Part shown: positions 1-14,110 of the stretch, piece by piece
How the letters are laid out: each line of letters begins with the position of its first letter
How positions within the stretch are numbered: the stretch's first letter is position 1
NCBI RefSeq assembly: GCF_963921235.1
Contig: NC_086108.1
Span: forward strand, 73,844,001 to 73,908,000
Length of the DNA stretch: 64,000 nt
Source of the DNA: Mobula hypostoma
Lineage: Eukaryota
Direction: 5' to 3'
The notes under the pieces: generated by a model
Databases searched by the model: none
What the model saw: the letters and a program-made list of their open reading frames with translations, nothing else
What the model was told of the DNA's origin: nothing
Translations under genes and position numbers: made by a program

Positions 1-569
1 ATCAGGATGTTAACTGATGACTGCACAATATTCAATTCTATTTACAACTTATCTGTCTATGCCTGTCTGCAGAAAACCAATATAACTCTACAGCAAAGAT
101 AGGCAAGTAACAAGTAAGCATTGAATCATAAATGAGCCAGGCAATGACTATCGCCACAAGAGAGAGTCTAAGTGCTCATCTCTGACATGGGTTTGGGATC
201 CATCCTATGTTTTATTTTAATTTATAGGATAAGGAAGCTGCTGGCATTTCTATTTCAGTCTGAACGTTTATGATCCTGGTCAATCTTCAGAATGCAATCT
301 TAAGAAATTTATAATTTTTATCACATAGCAAACACAAAATTGATTCTAAGATACATAGTCATTAGGTAACTGAATTTATAATCCAAAAGACTAGATAAAT
401 AATCTGACATTATCCCTCCACAACAGCTTGCAAATTTGAGTATCACTAACTATTAAAATCTAGAAAATGGATAGTCATGGCTGTAAAGCTCACTGTAAAA
501 TTATGAGTATGGTTAATAAATTTGGAGACAACTTGCAAATTTGTGGTCATCGATAGTGAAGGTGGTTAT

Positions 570-1510
570 CCAAGGACACAGTGGGACATAATTCAACTAG
601 AAAGTTGGGCAGATGTGGGCAGATGAAATATAAAATGCATGATATAATGCAGTTCGGGCAGTCAAATTCTAGTAAGGCAATTAGAGTAAATGGGGGAGGG
701 GGTTTAGAGGTATTTATGTACAGAGACACCTTAGGATGCAAATCCACTGCACTTTTAAAGTGTTTTCACAAGTGTTTAAGAGAGTGAAAAGCATTTGGCA
801 TGCTTGTCTTCATAACCCAAGGCATTTAGTGGAAACACTGGTACAATATTGTGCAAAAGTCTCAAGCACATACACACAAAATACATAAAATTACTACAGT
901 ACTATGTGAAAGTCTTAAGCACCCTGGCTATATATACGTGCCTAAGACTTCTGCACAGAACTGCACGTCACGTTGCAGTTGCACAAAGCGTTAGTTAGTC
1001 CACACTTAGGTATTATGTACAGTTCCAGTTACCACACTACACTAATGGAGAAATTATAAAAGAGATTCAGCAGAATGTTACCAGGAATGGAGAACTGAAA
1101 TTCCAGGAAGAGATCAGATAGGTTGGGTTTATTCATTTGGAATATAGGAGGCTGAGTGGTAATCTTATGGAGGCTAATAAAATTATGAGGGTGTTAGATA
1201 TGATAGATAATCAGAATCTTTTTCCTCAGGAAAGGGAAGTTTAGAACTGGAGTGCACAGGTTAGAGGTGAGAGTAGAGAAATTTTAAGGAGATCTGCTGG
1301 GTAAGATTTTCACATAAGCAATAGCAAATAAATAGAACAAGTTGCCAGAAGAAGCACTAAATGTAGATACAATCACAACATTTAAAAGACATTTGGGTAA
1401 TTACTTGATTAGGAAAAAGCTAGATGGTTACAGACCTAATGCGGGTAAACTGATCTAGTATAGATGGGCATTAGGGTCAGCAGGACGAGGTGAGCCCATT
1501 TTTGTACTGC
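570..1510 (+). mobile_element. Decayed CR1-like LINE 3' fragment, interrupted by a small TIR element
   Basis: Remnants of RT C-terminal motifs and a CR1-type 3' UTR, similar to other CR1 copies in the window. Confidence 0.65.
844..964. mobile_element. Tc1/mariner-like miniature inverted-repeat unit
   Basis: Degenerate copies of TA-CAGTACTGTGCAAAAGTCTTAGGCAC in inverted arrangement. Same unit as at 21383 and 21842. Confidence 0.55.
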
Positions 1511-3160
1511 AGCAAAAAAAAAAATCAGGTTTGATTGGATCTACTTTAAATCAGCAATAATTTGGTTACTGGTTGAACTGACCTCTGAAAAGGCCTAGCT
1601 TGTCACTCGGTTAAAATTTCTTGAGGGCAACCAGCAATGAATTTCCAGAAATATCCCATGAAGAAGGCCAGATGTTGGTCAATCTTCCACCCATATTCAC
1701 TCACCATAATATTCCCTAGTTTTGTGCCAGAGAAGGCCTGAAGGTGAGATAATATGGATGATGGCTATACTTCAAGCCTATAAAGTTAAAAGAATCTTGG
1801 AAACAAAATTATAATTTGTTACAACCGAGTTTGTAAGATTTGGCTTGTAAAGTCTCTCCATGAAATCAAATTTTCTTCCAAGTCTTATCTTGATCAGACA
1901 TAATGAAAGATTTCCAAATCAGTTTGTGTATCGATATATGTCTGGTAATTTTAAGTAGGAACAAACTGCTATATTTTCTTTCCCAAGCCTAGCTACGCCA
2001 AAGGCACTAGATTTGGCAGTGTAGCAAGAACCCTGCTTGACTTTTGGCTTATTATTTTGCTTATATGAAGTAGGTAGGCAACTTTAAAAATACACACAAG
2101 TTTTAATATGTCAGATGGTGATGAGCAAAACTGCAGTATTATCTTTTCTATTGCCAAATTCTCAAGTCACATCCTGCAACAGCCATATTTAAGTAGTACC
2201 TGCCATAACAGTAAAGTTCATTTACTGTACCAATGAAATAATTTGCTAATAAAAGGTAATTACTTTAATGAAATATTAACTCATTTCCCTCTCCACAAAT
2301 GCTAGCTGAACTGCTGAGCACTTCCAGGATTTGCAGTTATTAAAATCTACTAAATTTGATCTCATTTGCATTGGGTAAGCTAGAGCAGTTAATTATAGTG
2401 TGGTGATGGACAGATACCAGCTGGGTGTCATCAATTACAGCTTATGTTAGTGCTTGCGTTGCTAAGCAGTAGAATACTTTTGAGATAGAGATTCAGTATT
2501 AAGGTCTACTGCCATAATTCAACTGTACTCATGGAGTCATAAGCAAACTCTGATTTATTAAAGGTGTTTTACTTAGCCAAAATGATTCATTAATTCACAA
2601 ATCAATTGTGATTATATTATCTGTCTGAATTTTCTTTTATTTGTTCACTTCCAGCTGCTTCCCTGAGTTTTTAACAATGCCAACAATTGACTGATGCCAC
2701 TTTAATTCTCCATCATCACTCATATAATTAACAACTGAAGGATGAAACTTCAATCAACTTAAATGTTTAATACCAATGAGGTCCAATTCTGTTGCAATAG
2801 ATAGTGTGTTTTATCTTATTCTGGTGCAATGCACTATGTAATAATTTGATCTGTATATACAATATGCAAGGCAAGCTTTTCATCATATCTTGGTATGTGT
2901 AAAAATGATAAACCAATTCCAATACCAGTAACATCAATAGACAATAGACATCCTAGCATAGTTAAACATAACATTGAACTGAAGTGCCCACTTCCCATAT
3001 CTGCACTCATGGACTCCGTTAGTACCTAGAGGTCGCAGAAAGCCTTGCGTGTACAGAATACGCCAGAAGTCTCTTCAACGAGCACGCCTATGCCAGAGCA
3101 ACATTGAAACAATAGAGAAAAGCAGCCGAAGAAAGCACTTTGATAATCCATACGCTCAGA

Positions 3161-4138
3161 AATTAAAGCTCAAAGTAAATTTATTATCAAAGTACATATA
3201 CGTCACCATACACAACTTTCAGATTTTCTTGCCGGTATACTCAGTAAATCAAAGAACCATAATAGTATCAACGGAAGAACACACCCAACGGGGTAGACAC
3301 ACAACCAATATGCAAAAGACAACAAACCATGCAATACAAAAGAAAAAAGAAATAATAATAATAAATAAATAGGCAATAAGTATCGAGAACATGAGATGAA
3401 CGGTCCTTGGCAGTGAAGTTGAATGAAGCTTGTGGTTCAAGAGCCTGATGGTTGACTCTGACTGAACCTGCTGGTGTGAGTCCTGAGACTCCTGTATCTT
3501 CTTCCACATGGCAGCAGCAAAAAGAGAGCAAGACCTGGGCAGTGGGGGTCCATGATGATGGATGCTGCTTTCCTGCAAAGGCGTTCCGTGTAGATGTGCT
3601 CAATGGTGGGGAGGGCTTTACCCGTAATGGACTGGGCTATATCCACTTCCGCTTGTAGAATTTTTCATTCAAGGACATTGGTGTTTCCATACCAGGCTGT
3701 GATGCTGCCAGCCAATATACTCTCCACCACACATCCACAGAATTTTGTCGAAGTTTTAGATGTCACGCCAAAACTTCACAAACTTCTAAATAAGTAGAAG
3801 ACCTGACTCAGTTTCTTTGTAATTGCACATTCATGCTGGACCCAGGACAGATCTTCGAAAATGATAGCACCGAGGACTTTAAAGTTGCTGACCCTCTCCA
3901 TCTCTAATCCCTCGATGAAGACTGGTTCATAGACACCGGATTCCTCCTCCTGAAATCAATAAACACTTCCTTCAATTTGCTGATAATGAGCGAGAGGTTT
4001 CTGTTGTGGCACCACTCAGCCAGAGTTTCAATCTCCCTCCTCTACGCTGATTCATCAACACCTTTGATTCAGCCCATGACAGTGGTGTTGTCAGTTAACT
4101 TAAATATGACATTGGGGCTGTACTTAGCCAAGCAATCC
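3161..4138 (-). mobile_element. Rex1/Babar-like LINE 3' part (continues at 8030-8640)
   Basis: C-terminal peptide LCRKAASIIMDPHCPGLALFLLLPCGRRYRSLRTHTSRF plus 3' UTR. The sequence resumes collinearly after the CR1 insertion. Confidence 0.8.
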
Positions 4139-7100
4139 AGAAGACCATAAGACATAGGAGCAGAATTAGGCCATTTGGCCCCTTGAGTCTGCTCCACCAT
4201 TCAATCATGGCTGATCCTTTCTTCCCCTCCTCAGCTGCACTCCCCAGCCTTCTACCTGTAACCTTCAATGCCGTCCAATCAAGAACCGATCAAGCTCTGC
4301 CTTAATTATACCCAACAACCTGACCTCCACAGCTGCCAGCGGTAATAAATTCCACAAATTCACCATCCTCTGGCTAAAGAAATTTCTCCACATCTCTGCT
4401 TTGAATGGATGCTCCTCTATCCTGAGGCTGTGCCCTCTTGTCCTTAACTCTCCCACCATGGAAAACATCCTTTCCACATCTACTCTGTCTAGGCCTTTCA
4501 AAATTCAAAAGGTTTCAATGAAATCCCCCCTCATCTTTCTAAATTCCAGCGAGTACAGACCCAGAATCATCAAATGTTCCTCATATGATAATCGTTTCAT
4601 TCGTGAAATCATCCTTGTGAATCTCTCTGAACCCTCTCCAATGCCAGCACATCGTTCCTAAGATGAGGAGCCAAAACTGTTCACAATACTCAAGTTGAGG
4701 CCTCACCGGTACCTTATAAAGCATCAGGATCACACCTCCGCTCTTGTATTCTAGACCTCTTGAAATGAATGCTAACATTGCATTTGCCTTCCACACCACT
4801 GACTCTACCTGCAAATTAGCCTTTAGGGTGTTCTGCACAAGGACTCCCAAGTCCTTTTGCATCTCAGGTATTTGGATTTTCTCCCTGTTTAGAAAATAGC
4901 ATGCACATTTATTTCTACTACCAAAGTGCATGACCATGCATTTTCCAACATTATATTTCATTTGCCACTTTCTTGCCCATTCTCCTAATCTGTCTTAAGT
5001 CCTTCTGCATCCTACCCGTTTCCTCAACACTATCTGCCCCTCCACCAATCTTCGTATCATCTGCAAACTTGACAACAAAGCCATTTACCTCATCATCTAA
5101 ATCACTGATATACAACGTAAAAAGAAGTGGCCCCAACACTAACCCCAGCAGAACACCACTAGTCACTGGCAGCCAACCAGACAAGGATCCTTTTATTCCC
5201 ATTCACTGCCTTCTTCCAATCAGCCAACCATGTTAGTAACTTTCCTGTAATACCATGAGCTCTTAACTTGGTAAGCAGCCTCATGTGTGGTGCCTTGTCA
5301 AAGACCTTCTGAAAGTCCAAATATACAACATCCACTGCATCCTCTTTATCAACCCTACTTGAAATCTCCTTAAAGAACTCCAACAGGTTTATCAGGCAAG
5401 ATTTTCCCTTAATGAAACCATGCAGACTTCGTGCTATCTTGCCCTGTATCACCCAGTACTCCATAACCTCATCCTTAACAACTGACTTCAACATCTTCCT
5501 AACCACTGAGTTCAAGGTAACTGGTCTATAATTTCCTTTCTGCTGCTTCCTCCTTTCTTAAAGACTGGAGTGACATTTGCATTTTTCCAGTCCACTGGCA
5601 CCATGCCAGAGTCTAATGATTTTTGAAAGATCATTTCTAATGCCTCCACAATCTCTACCACCACTCCTTCCAGAATCCATGGGTGCATTTTATCTGGCAT
5701 GGGTGTCTTATGTACCCTTAGGTTTTTCAGTTTTTTGATCACTTTCTCCATTGCAATAGTAAATGAACTCACTTCACTACCTTCACTCACTTCAACATCT
5801 GGTACACTGCTCGTGTCTTCCACAGTGAAGACTGATGCAAAATACTCACTTAGTTCATCAGCCACCTCCTTGTCCCCTGTTATTATTTCTCCAGTCTCAT
5901 TTTCTACCGGTCCCCTATCCACTCTAATCTCCCTTTTTTTTTTACATACTTGAAAAAGCTTTTACCATCCACTTTGATAATTTCATCTTTCCCTCCTAAT
6001 GATTCTTCTAGTTGCTCTTTGTAGGGTTTTAAAAGCCTTTCAATCCTCTGTCTGCCAACTAATTTTTGCTTTGTTGTATGCAGTCTTTTGCTTTTATATT
6101 ATCTTTGTCTTCCCTTGTCTGCCATGGTTGTACTATTTTACGTTTGAGTATTTCTTTGTTTTTGGAATACATGTATCCTGCACCTTCTTCATTTTTCCTG
6201 GAAACTTATGCCATTGCTGCTCTGTTGTCATCCCTGCCAACATCTCCTTCCAATTTACATTGGCCAATTCCTCTCTCATACGACTGTAATTTCACTTACT
6301 CCACTGAAATACTGCTACATCAGACTTTACTTTCTTCCAATCAAATTTAAAGTTGAACTCAATCATATTGTGATCTCTGCCTCCTCAGGGCTCTTTTACC
6401 GTAAGCTCCTTAATCACCTCTGGTTCATTACATAACTGCCAATCCAGTATAACTGATCCCCTAGTGGGCTCAATGACAAACTGCTCTCATAGACCATGTC
6501 TTGGGCATTCATCAGACTCACTCTTGGGATCTATTTCCAACCTGATTTTCCCCAGTCGACCCGCATGTTGAAATCTCTCCTGACCATCATAACATCGCCC
6601 TTTTGACACGCCTTTTCTACTTCCTGTTGTAATCTGTGGTCCACATCCCAGCTACTGTTGGGAGGCCTGTATATAACTGCCATCGGGGTCCTTTTACCCT
6701 TGCAGTTTCTTAACTCAACCCACAAGGATTCAACATCTTCTGATTCTATGTCACATCCTTCTACTGATTTGAAGTCATTCTTTCCCAGAAGGGCCATGCC
6801 ACTCCCTCTGCCTACCTTCTTATATCTCCAATACAATGTGTAACCTGGGATATTCAGCTCCCAACTACAACCATCCTTCAGCCATGATTCAGTGATGGTC
6901 ACAACATCATACCTGACAATCTGTAAAGGTAAACGATCATCCATCTTATTTCCTACACTCCGTGCACTGAGATATAACACTGAGTACTGCATTTACTACC
7001 CTTTTTGATTCTGCATCCGTAACACACTAATACTTTCCTTGCTGGCTGCAAGTAAGTCCTATCATCTGCCTACCCTTCCTGAAGTCTGACTGCACTCTGT

Positions 7101-8020
7101 CTTTGCATTTTAACCATACATCCTATCCTGTGTCCCCTCTTTCTAGTTCCCACTCCCCTGCCAAATTAGCTTAAACCCTTCCCAAAAGCTCTAACAAACC
7201 TGCCTGCGAAAATATTGGTTCCTCTCAGGTTCAGGTGCAACCCATCACTTTTGAACAGGTCTTACCTGCCCCAAAAGAGAACCCAATGATTCAAGAACCT
7301 GAAGCCCTGTCCCCACACCAGCTTCTCAGCCACAGATTAATTTGCCAGATCATACTGTTTCTATCTTCACTGGCACGTGGCACAGGCAGCAATCCAGAAA
7401 TTACTAGCCTGGAGGACCTCTTTCTCAGCTTTCTACCTAGTTTCCTAAATTCACTTTTCAGGACCTCTTTGTTTTTCCCTTCCTATGTCATTGGTACCAA
7501 TATGTATGAAGCCATCTCGTTGCTCTCCCTCCCCTTCCAAAATGTTGTGGACACGACCCAAGATGTGTCTGACCCTAGCAACAGGGAGGCAACTTACCAT
7601 CCGGGTATCCCATTCACGTCTACAGAATCTCCTATCTGTTCCCCTGACCATTGAGTCCCCTATCACTACTGCTTCCCTCTTCTCCCTTTCTCTTCTGCAC
7701 CACAGACTTATGCTCAGTGCTAATAATACTGTCTCCGTGGCATTCCCCTGGAAGATCATCCCTCACAACAGTAACAAAAGCAGTATACTTATTTGTGAGG
7801 AGAATGGCCACAGGGGTGCTCTGTGCTAACTACCTATTCACATTTCCATTTCTCCTTTGCACCAAAGCCTAACGCTCCTATGCTCACCAGTGGCCTACTC
7901 CCAACAACAGCCATACGGCTTGTCCCTCCTGTACTTTTAAACAAGTGTCGCCAACCTGCAAGAAACCTTGTCACTGTGGCCTGCTCCTGCAGCTGATTTG
8001 ACCTTCAGAATAAGCCAGAA
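4139..8020 (-). mobile_element. Near full-length decayed CR1 LINE (ORF1 esterase, APE endonuclease, RT)
   Basis: ORF1 AVVIGDSMVRGTDRRFC; EN VTITESWL...IYRPPN; RT DVVYLDFQKVFDK, KFADDTKIGG, RPQLEYCEQFW. CR1 3' terminus at 4139. Many frameshifts. Confidence 0.92.
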
Positions 8021-8029
8021 TGTCCCAAG

Positions 8030-8640
8030 TTATAAGTATAAAGTAAGTAGACAAGGGGCAAAGCACACAGCCTTGTGGTGTACCTGTGCTAATGAAGAGA
8101 TGGTGGAGGAGATGTTGCTGCTAATTTGAACTGACTGGGGCCTGCAGGCGAGGAAATCAAGCATCCAATTGCACAAGGAGGTAATGAGGCTCAAGTAATG
8201 ATGCTCAAGTTGAAGATTACTGATTAGTTTTGAGGGTATGACAGTATTGAATGCCAAGCAAAGAAAGTCAATAAAGATCATCCTGAAGTATACATCTTTG
8301 CTGTCCATACATTCCAGGGTTGAGTATAAAGCTAATGAAATGGTATCTGCTGTGGACCTGTAGGGAAATTGGAGTGGATCCAAGTTGCTTCTCAGACAGG
8401 AGTTGATGTATTTCATCACTGTGGCCTCCAGTGCTACTAGCAATAATCATTGAGGCAGATGTCGAAGCAAGAGGTGAAATAGCAGTGAACACTCCAGCCA
8501 GTTGATCAACATAGGTCTTTAGTACTCAGCCATGAACCCCAATCTGGGCCGGATGCTTCCATGAAGGATGCTCTCATGTTGGCCTCAGAAACGGAAATCA
8601 CAGGGTCAGTGGGGGCTTTGGGAGTGTGTGGATTGGCTTG
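8030..8640 (-). mobile_element. Rex1/Babar-like LINE RT fragment
   Basis: Peptide LDPLQFPYRSTADTISLAL...FIDF...AFNTVIPSKL...LCNWMLDFL. Confidence 0.8.
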
Positions 8641-10074
8641 TTCCATTTATGATTGTGGGTCTATAAAATATTAACGCTGCCAAGTGAACCACAATTGGAT
8701 GTAGTTATCTAAACATAATGAGAAGCACTTAAAAGATGATTTAAGTATTGGCTTGCACAGAATGGGTGGTTTTTGTTTCTTTGTACCTGATGCCTATGGC
8801 AATGGCAAATTGCAACAACATTTTTTCGTTATAGATAGCTGCCTATGGTGAGTATAGTGGGAATGGTAAAAACTCAACTTGACAGCCACGATGCCTTTTA
8901 AAATAACTTGCACTGTCAGAAGAATAAATTTCATTACTAACTGTAATGGTTATTAACTGCAGAACAGGAAGAACAGCTCCCAATTCGCATATGATGAACA
9001 AATTAAGGAAATCACATGTAATTTAAAAAATGTTGGAAATGCTCAGCAGGTCACGCAAAATCTGTGGAAAGAGAATCATGGTAAGGTGAAGACCCTTCAT
9101 TAGAGGACGAATCAACTTAGTGTTCCAGCATTTTCCTGTTTTGATTTGAGTGGCTAAAATTTTACTTGAGTCTTAACTTCTGCCTTAGATGTTACAGAAT
9201 TATGTGAAACTTTGATAAGTGAATTTACTCCAGTAAGAAAGGAAATCCTTCACACCAAAATGCACACAGCAAATATATTTTTAAATCATTGTTTATATTG
9301 GATCTCCAAATAAATACAAAACATGCAATTAATTATGTTACAATAGAAATAAGAAAAAATATTGAAAGGTGATAACAATGTTTTGGGAGAGTTATTTTGT
9401 GTGTTTCTCAGGATTTTCAGCATCTGCAAAATCACCTTTTTGTGTCGTATCCTCTATTTTTATTGCCTCTATTCATTCTACAAATCAAATTTATAAAACA
9501 TATTTTTCTACATGGAAATTCATCTGGCACATGGCCACCTATTCCAGTAGCCCTTATCATCTTGACAACAACTACTATTTCCTGTAAATTAACTGTATGT
9601 GCAAGGTTGGTGTCATCTGCAAATTTTGAAATTGTCTCTTTCACTCCCTACTTATGAAAAAGCAATGGTTCCACTACTAAAAGTCACCACCATCATCTTC
9701 CATCAGTCCATGAAACAATCACTTGTCACAATAACTAAGTCTTGTACCTCATGGCTCCAAACTTCATATGAGCCCTTATTAAAATTTTTTCTGAATCCAC
9801 AAACACTACAACAAATGAAGAGTCCTCACCAACATTCTCTATTACCTCCATCTTAAAATCAGATGTGCAGTGCTGCATTTTGCTTTAATTCCTGATTCAT
9901 TTACATACGTTCAGGGACCATTCTTTCAACTTGTGTCAAAGGCCTCCACAGCCACCCAATGCTTCACCCTCAGTACTCGCTTATCACCATTCACATATAG
10001 CATGAAGCAAACCACAAGCACATTGATAAAATTTATAATTTAACAGCCATCTGAGTCTAAGGCTACAAAGCAAG

Positions 10075-11068
10075 GATAGTTTGTCCTCACCAACCAGCCC
10101 ATTATCCTTGGTTTCCAACGCATTATTCTCCACAACTTCCACCATCTTCAACGGGATCCCACCACCAAACACATCATAACTTCTCCCCCAACTCTCTGCT
10201 TTCTGCAGGATTCACTTCCTACATGATTTTCTTGTTCATTCGTCCTTCCCCCCTAATCTCCTTCCTGGCTCATATCTCTGCAAGCAAGAATAATGCTAGA
10301 TCTGTCCATTCACCTCCTCAATCACTTCCATTCAGGGCCCCCAAACAGTCCTTTCAGATGAGGCAATATTTCACCTGTGTATCTGTTACTGACGTCTATT
10401 GTATTCAGTCCTCCTGATGTGGCCTCCTCTATGGTCATGAGGCCCGCTGTAAATTGGGGGACCACGTTGTTGAGCACCTCTGCTCCATCTGCCAAAAGCA
10501 GAATTCCCTGAAGGCCAAGGACTAATATGTTGTAACTGTAATGGACCTAAAATGGTTGGCCACCATCTTGTCACAATGAGGCCACTCTCAAGGTGGAAGA
10601 GCAACACCATATCATCCAGGTAGCCTCCAACTTGATGGCATGAACATGGAATACTCCTCTTAATTATTTTCTCTTTTTTTCTTCCCCCCCCACCTTCTCT
10701 TTTCTTTTATTCATCACTTAGTTTCTTACCTCTTCTCCTCACCTGCCTATCACCTCCCACTGGTGTCCCTCCTTCTTCCCCTTCTCTCATGGTCTACTCT
10801 CCTCTCCTATCAGATTCCTTCTTTCCCAGCCCTTTACCTTTCTCACCTGGCTTCACCTATCATTGTCTTTTGCTCGTCCGCCTTCCCCCTCCACTCTAGC
10901 CTTTTTATTCCGGCATCTTTCCCCTTCCTTTCCAGTCCTGATGAAGGGTCTTGACCTGAAATGTTGACTGTTTATTCACTTTCGTAGATACTACTTGACC
11001 TGCTGAGTTCCCCCAGCATTTTGTGTGTGTAGCTCTGGATTTCCAGCATCTACAGAATCTGTTGTGTT
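10075..11068 (+). mobile_element. Decayed Penelope-like element 3' part (GIY-YIG remnant, pyrimidine-rich UTR, terminal repeat with tail)
   Basis: Collinear with the 16764-17565 arm; ends in ...gtgtgtagctctggatttccagcatctacagaatctgttgtgtt. Confidence 0.85.
10934..10969 (+). ncRNA. Minimal type I hammerhead ribozyme motif (CpG-decayed)
   Basis: AGTC CTGATGA AGG GTCTTGA CCT GAAA TG TT GACT: stem I AGTC/GACT, CUGANGA core, stem II AGG/CCT, GAAA. Confidence 0.6.
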
Positions 11069-11920
11069 GAGGATAGTTTGATGCCCATCCCACCTTCGGC
11101 CCTGCCTGCTCAATTGCCACAGAAGATACAACTAGGATAATGAATAAATGAAAAAAAAAAATTGTATTGCTGGTGATTCAATGGTATAGTGCTTTTGCAG
11201 TTACATTATGTATCAGTAAGAGTTAAAACTGCCTACTCTGCTTCTTTGTAGACATCCTACAATTGAAAATTCTGGCAAAAGGGAAGCTTTGATAATAGGT
11301 GTTAAAAAATAAACTAAAAAATTGAAAAAAAAAACCAAAGAAACTATTGTAATTTCCAAAGTCATGTGGTTAGTTGTTTTGTTGTTTAAGAGCACCAAGC
11401 ACTTATAAATTTCATCAAGGCATTTGACAAAACTCCACTTTCTTAAGAATAAATAATATAATTTTAGGGCACAACAAAAAATGCAATAGTATCAAGTCCA
11501 ATGCAAATAGATGCCTAGCCTTTGCATTAGGTTTAAATTATTTGAATCATACAAGACTTAAAGACAAATAAAAAATAATAAGTTAGTAAGCAGCAAAAAA
11601 TTGGCTTTGTAAAAATACAGGACCATATTTAATTATAGGTTCTGTACAACTGCCCAACACTGCACAGATAGTCAACATTTAAAAATTGCCAGAAAATATT
11701 AATACAAGCGTTAAAGATCTTGCCCTAAATCACTTTTTCTAAATCAACAGCAGAAATGACAAATACAATTCCTAAATTATTGCTCTTTCATGTTGTTAAA
11801 TATTCAACAGAAAAGCCAAGCAGTTGTAACTTAAAAGGTGAAATTAATTATAGAGTGTAAACAAATTTCTTCACCACACACACTGGTCAGGCTTCAATGC
11901 TTTTCATGCTACTTCCTTAC

Positions 11921-12124
11921 CTCCAGTGGAAGGGGCTATGAGAACTGAGGCTGGTGAATCTATAAAGATTTGAAAAGATGCCCAAAGCAGCACAGTGCTG
12001 AGTAAGCGGAGCATCTGTATTGCTGGGGACAGTGAGATGATGCATTGTGTTGGTTGATAGAGGCGAAGAGATGCGCTCAGTGACACCATTTTCTTCCGAG
12101 AGGCAGTTTTCAGAAGGCCAGATT
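11921..12124 (-). CDS. MAST2: 204-nt phase 2-2 coding exon (IWPSENCLSEENG...SLSSHSPFHW)
   Basis: Splice sites ctttgttag|AATCTGG...CCACTGGAG|gtaagg. The frame is open when joined to the 29574 exon (CA|A = Gln, giving RLRIQ-IWP...). It ends ...PFHW(S), like the MAST2/3 exon ending ..PWS before CRTSNRKS. The ORF track shows a different frame. Confidence 0.75.
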
Positions 12125-13074
12125 CTAACAAAGCATAGTAGTAGAAAATAGAATCAATAATCAGAGGATTTAGTCTGCTCTCTGAAAAATACTGCTACAA
12201 TGTTAAATCAAAGCCATTGAGCAATTTAAACAAAAAGGGAAATTCGTCATGCTCCAAATCCAAGACCAGTGACTATGAGCACCCAGATATGGAAAAGAAA
12301 CTCAGAATTCATAGGAAAATAGTTTGTCTATAATCTTCAGGTTTTAAAATTCCAGATGTTTTGTGCTAAAATTTACATTAACATGTTCTGTCCACCTAAA
12401 TCTAATTAGACTTGATAGGGAAAAAGAACTGACATGGGTTAGAACCAGGTAGAAAATTTTATTTAAAACTGTATTTTACAATGGAAGTTGTTGCTTAGCC
12501 TTGTGCTTACAACGCCACTTTAACTACCTATACTAATTTTGGAAGAAAACACATTGTGCACACTAACAAAAAATGCATCTTAATGCATACATCCACTTAA
12601 GAAGCATCTACAATTTTTATGTACAGTCCAAAAAGTACATTGTGATCAGATAATCTGATGCTATTGTTTGTTCAAAGGATGAAATTAGCCACTTGAGATG
12701 TGCATCAAATTCACTGGACAACAATTGTCTGAAAAAACAGCTGCTGAAGAAACCTGACAGCATTGAAGATAAGAGGCAGTGATGGAAGTGGTTCCGGCTT
12801 GAGACCTCGAGAAAGCAATTTGTAGTCATTGTTTTTGAATATAATCACAGCTACATAGACAGAAACAACAATCAGCTAGAGAAACTCAGCTAGTCGAGCA
12901 GCATCCGTGTGGGGGTATGAAGAAATTGGAGACAATTTAAGGTTGAAACTTGAACCAGAACAGTTCTTAACTTGCTCCAGATTCCAGCATTGCAGTCTCC
13001 AGCATCTCCACAACTAGATAAAACTGCAGCGAAATAGATTCACAGAGTCTGCTTTTGTCCAAAACTCAGACTTT

Positions 13075-14110
13075 CGTCCAAAACTCATTGGATCCTTGAC
13101 TTCCTGACCTACAGATCCCAATCAGTGAAATAGGCAGGAGCACCTCTGCCATGATTATTCTAAACACTGACACTCCATAAGGCTGCATCCTCAGTCCCCT
13201 ATTCTAATCGCTATACACCCACAACTGCATAGGGAGATTCTCCTCTAACTTCATCTACACATTTGCAGATGATACCACCATAGTGAGTTTTATCTTAAAT
13301 AATAATGGGTTGTAGTACAGGAAGGAGATAGAGAGCCGAATGAAGTGGCGAAATGACAACAACCTTTCCATCAAAAGAAAAGAGCTGACTATTGACTTCA
13401 GGAAGTGGGGGAGGTACATGGTCGTGAGGTCGAGAGAGTTCCTTAGAATGAGAATATCACCAATAACTCGTTCTGGTCTAAACACATGGAGGACATGGCC
13501 AAGAAGGCTCACCAACGCTTCGACCTCCCCTGGAGGCTAAAAAATAGTCAGCATGTCATCTTTGACCCTCAACAATTTTTATCAATGACTATAGAAAGCA
13601 TCCTATGTGGATGCATCCTAGCTTTGTATGGTATCTGCTCTGCACATGACTGCAAGAAACTGCAGGGGGTTGAGGACATGGCTTGGCACATCAAGGAAAC
13701 CAGCCTCACTTCTATGGATCCTATCTACACTTTTTGGTTCCCTGTTAAAGCAGCCAATATAATCATACAGTAGATCCCACCCATCCTGGATATTCTGTCT
13801 TCTCCCCAATCCCATTGGGCAGAAGATACAAAAGTCTGAACACATACAGCCCAAAGGCAGCTTCTATCCTGCTGTTACAGGATTATTGAACAGTCCCCTC
13901 ATACAATAGGATGGACTTGTGACCTCACAATCTAATTTATTATGGCCTTGCACCTTATCTACCTTCCTCTGTAACTTTAACACTTAATTCTGCATTCTTG
14001 TTATTATTTTTACCTTGTACTACCACAATGTACTGATGTAATGAACTGATCTATACAGAGGGTATTCAAGACATTTTTCACTGAACCTGAGTACATGTGA
14101 CAATAATAAA
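13075..14110 (+). mobile_element. Decayed Rex1/Babar-like LINE 3' fragment
   Basis: Remnants of YTFADDTTIV, KELTIDFRK, AKKAHQR, TIESILCGCI; tail ...tacatgtgacaataataaa. Confidence 0.8.

Noticed and set aside
9020..9150. Old PLE-like terminal remnants (also ~2285, 12860, 32290, 32460, 32810, 35945, 36295) as ribozymes
   Set aside because: Too degraded; no complete CUGANGA/GAAA core with stems.
11904..12131. ORF-track frame MLESGLLKTASRKK...
   Set aside because: The alternative frame fits the phase 2 splice context and the MAST ..W-S-CRT pattern; this frame is a shadow.
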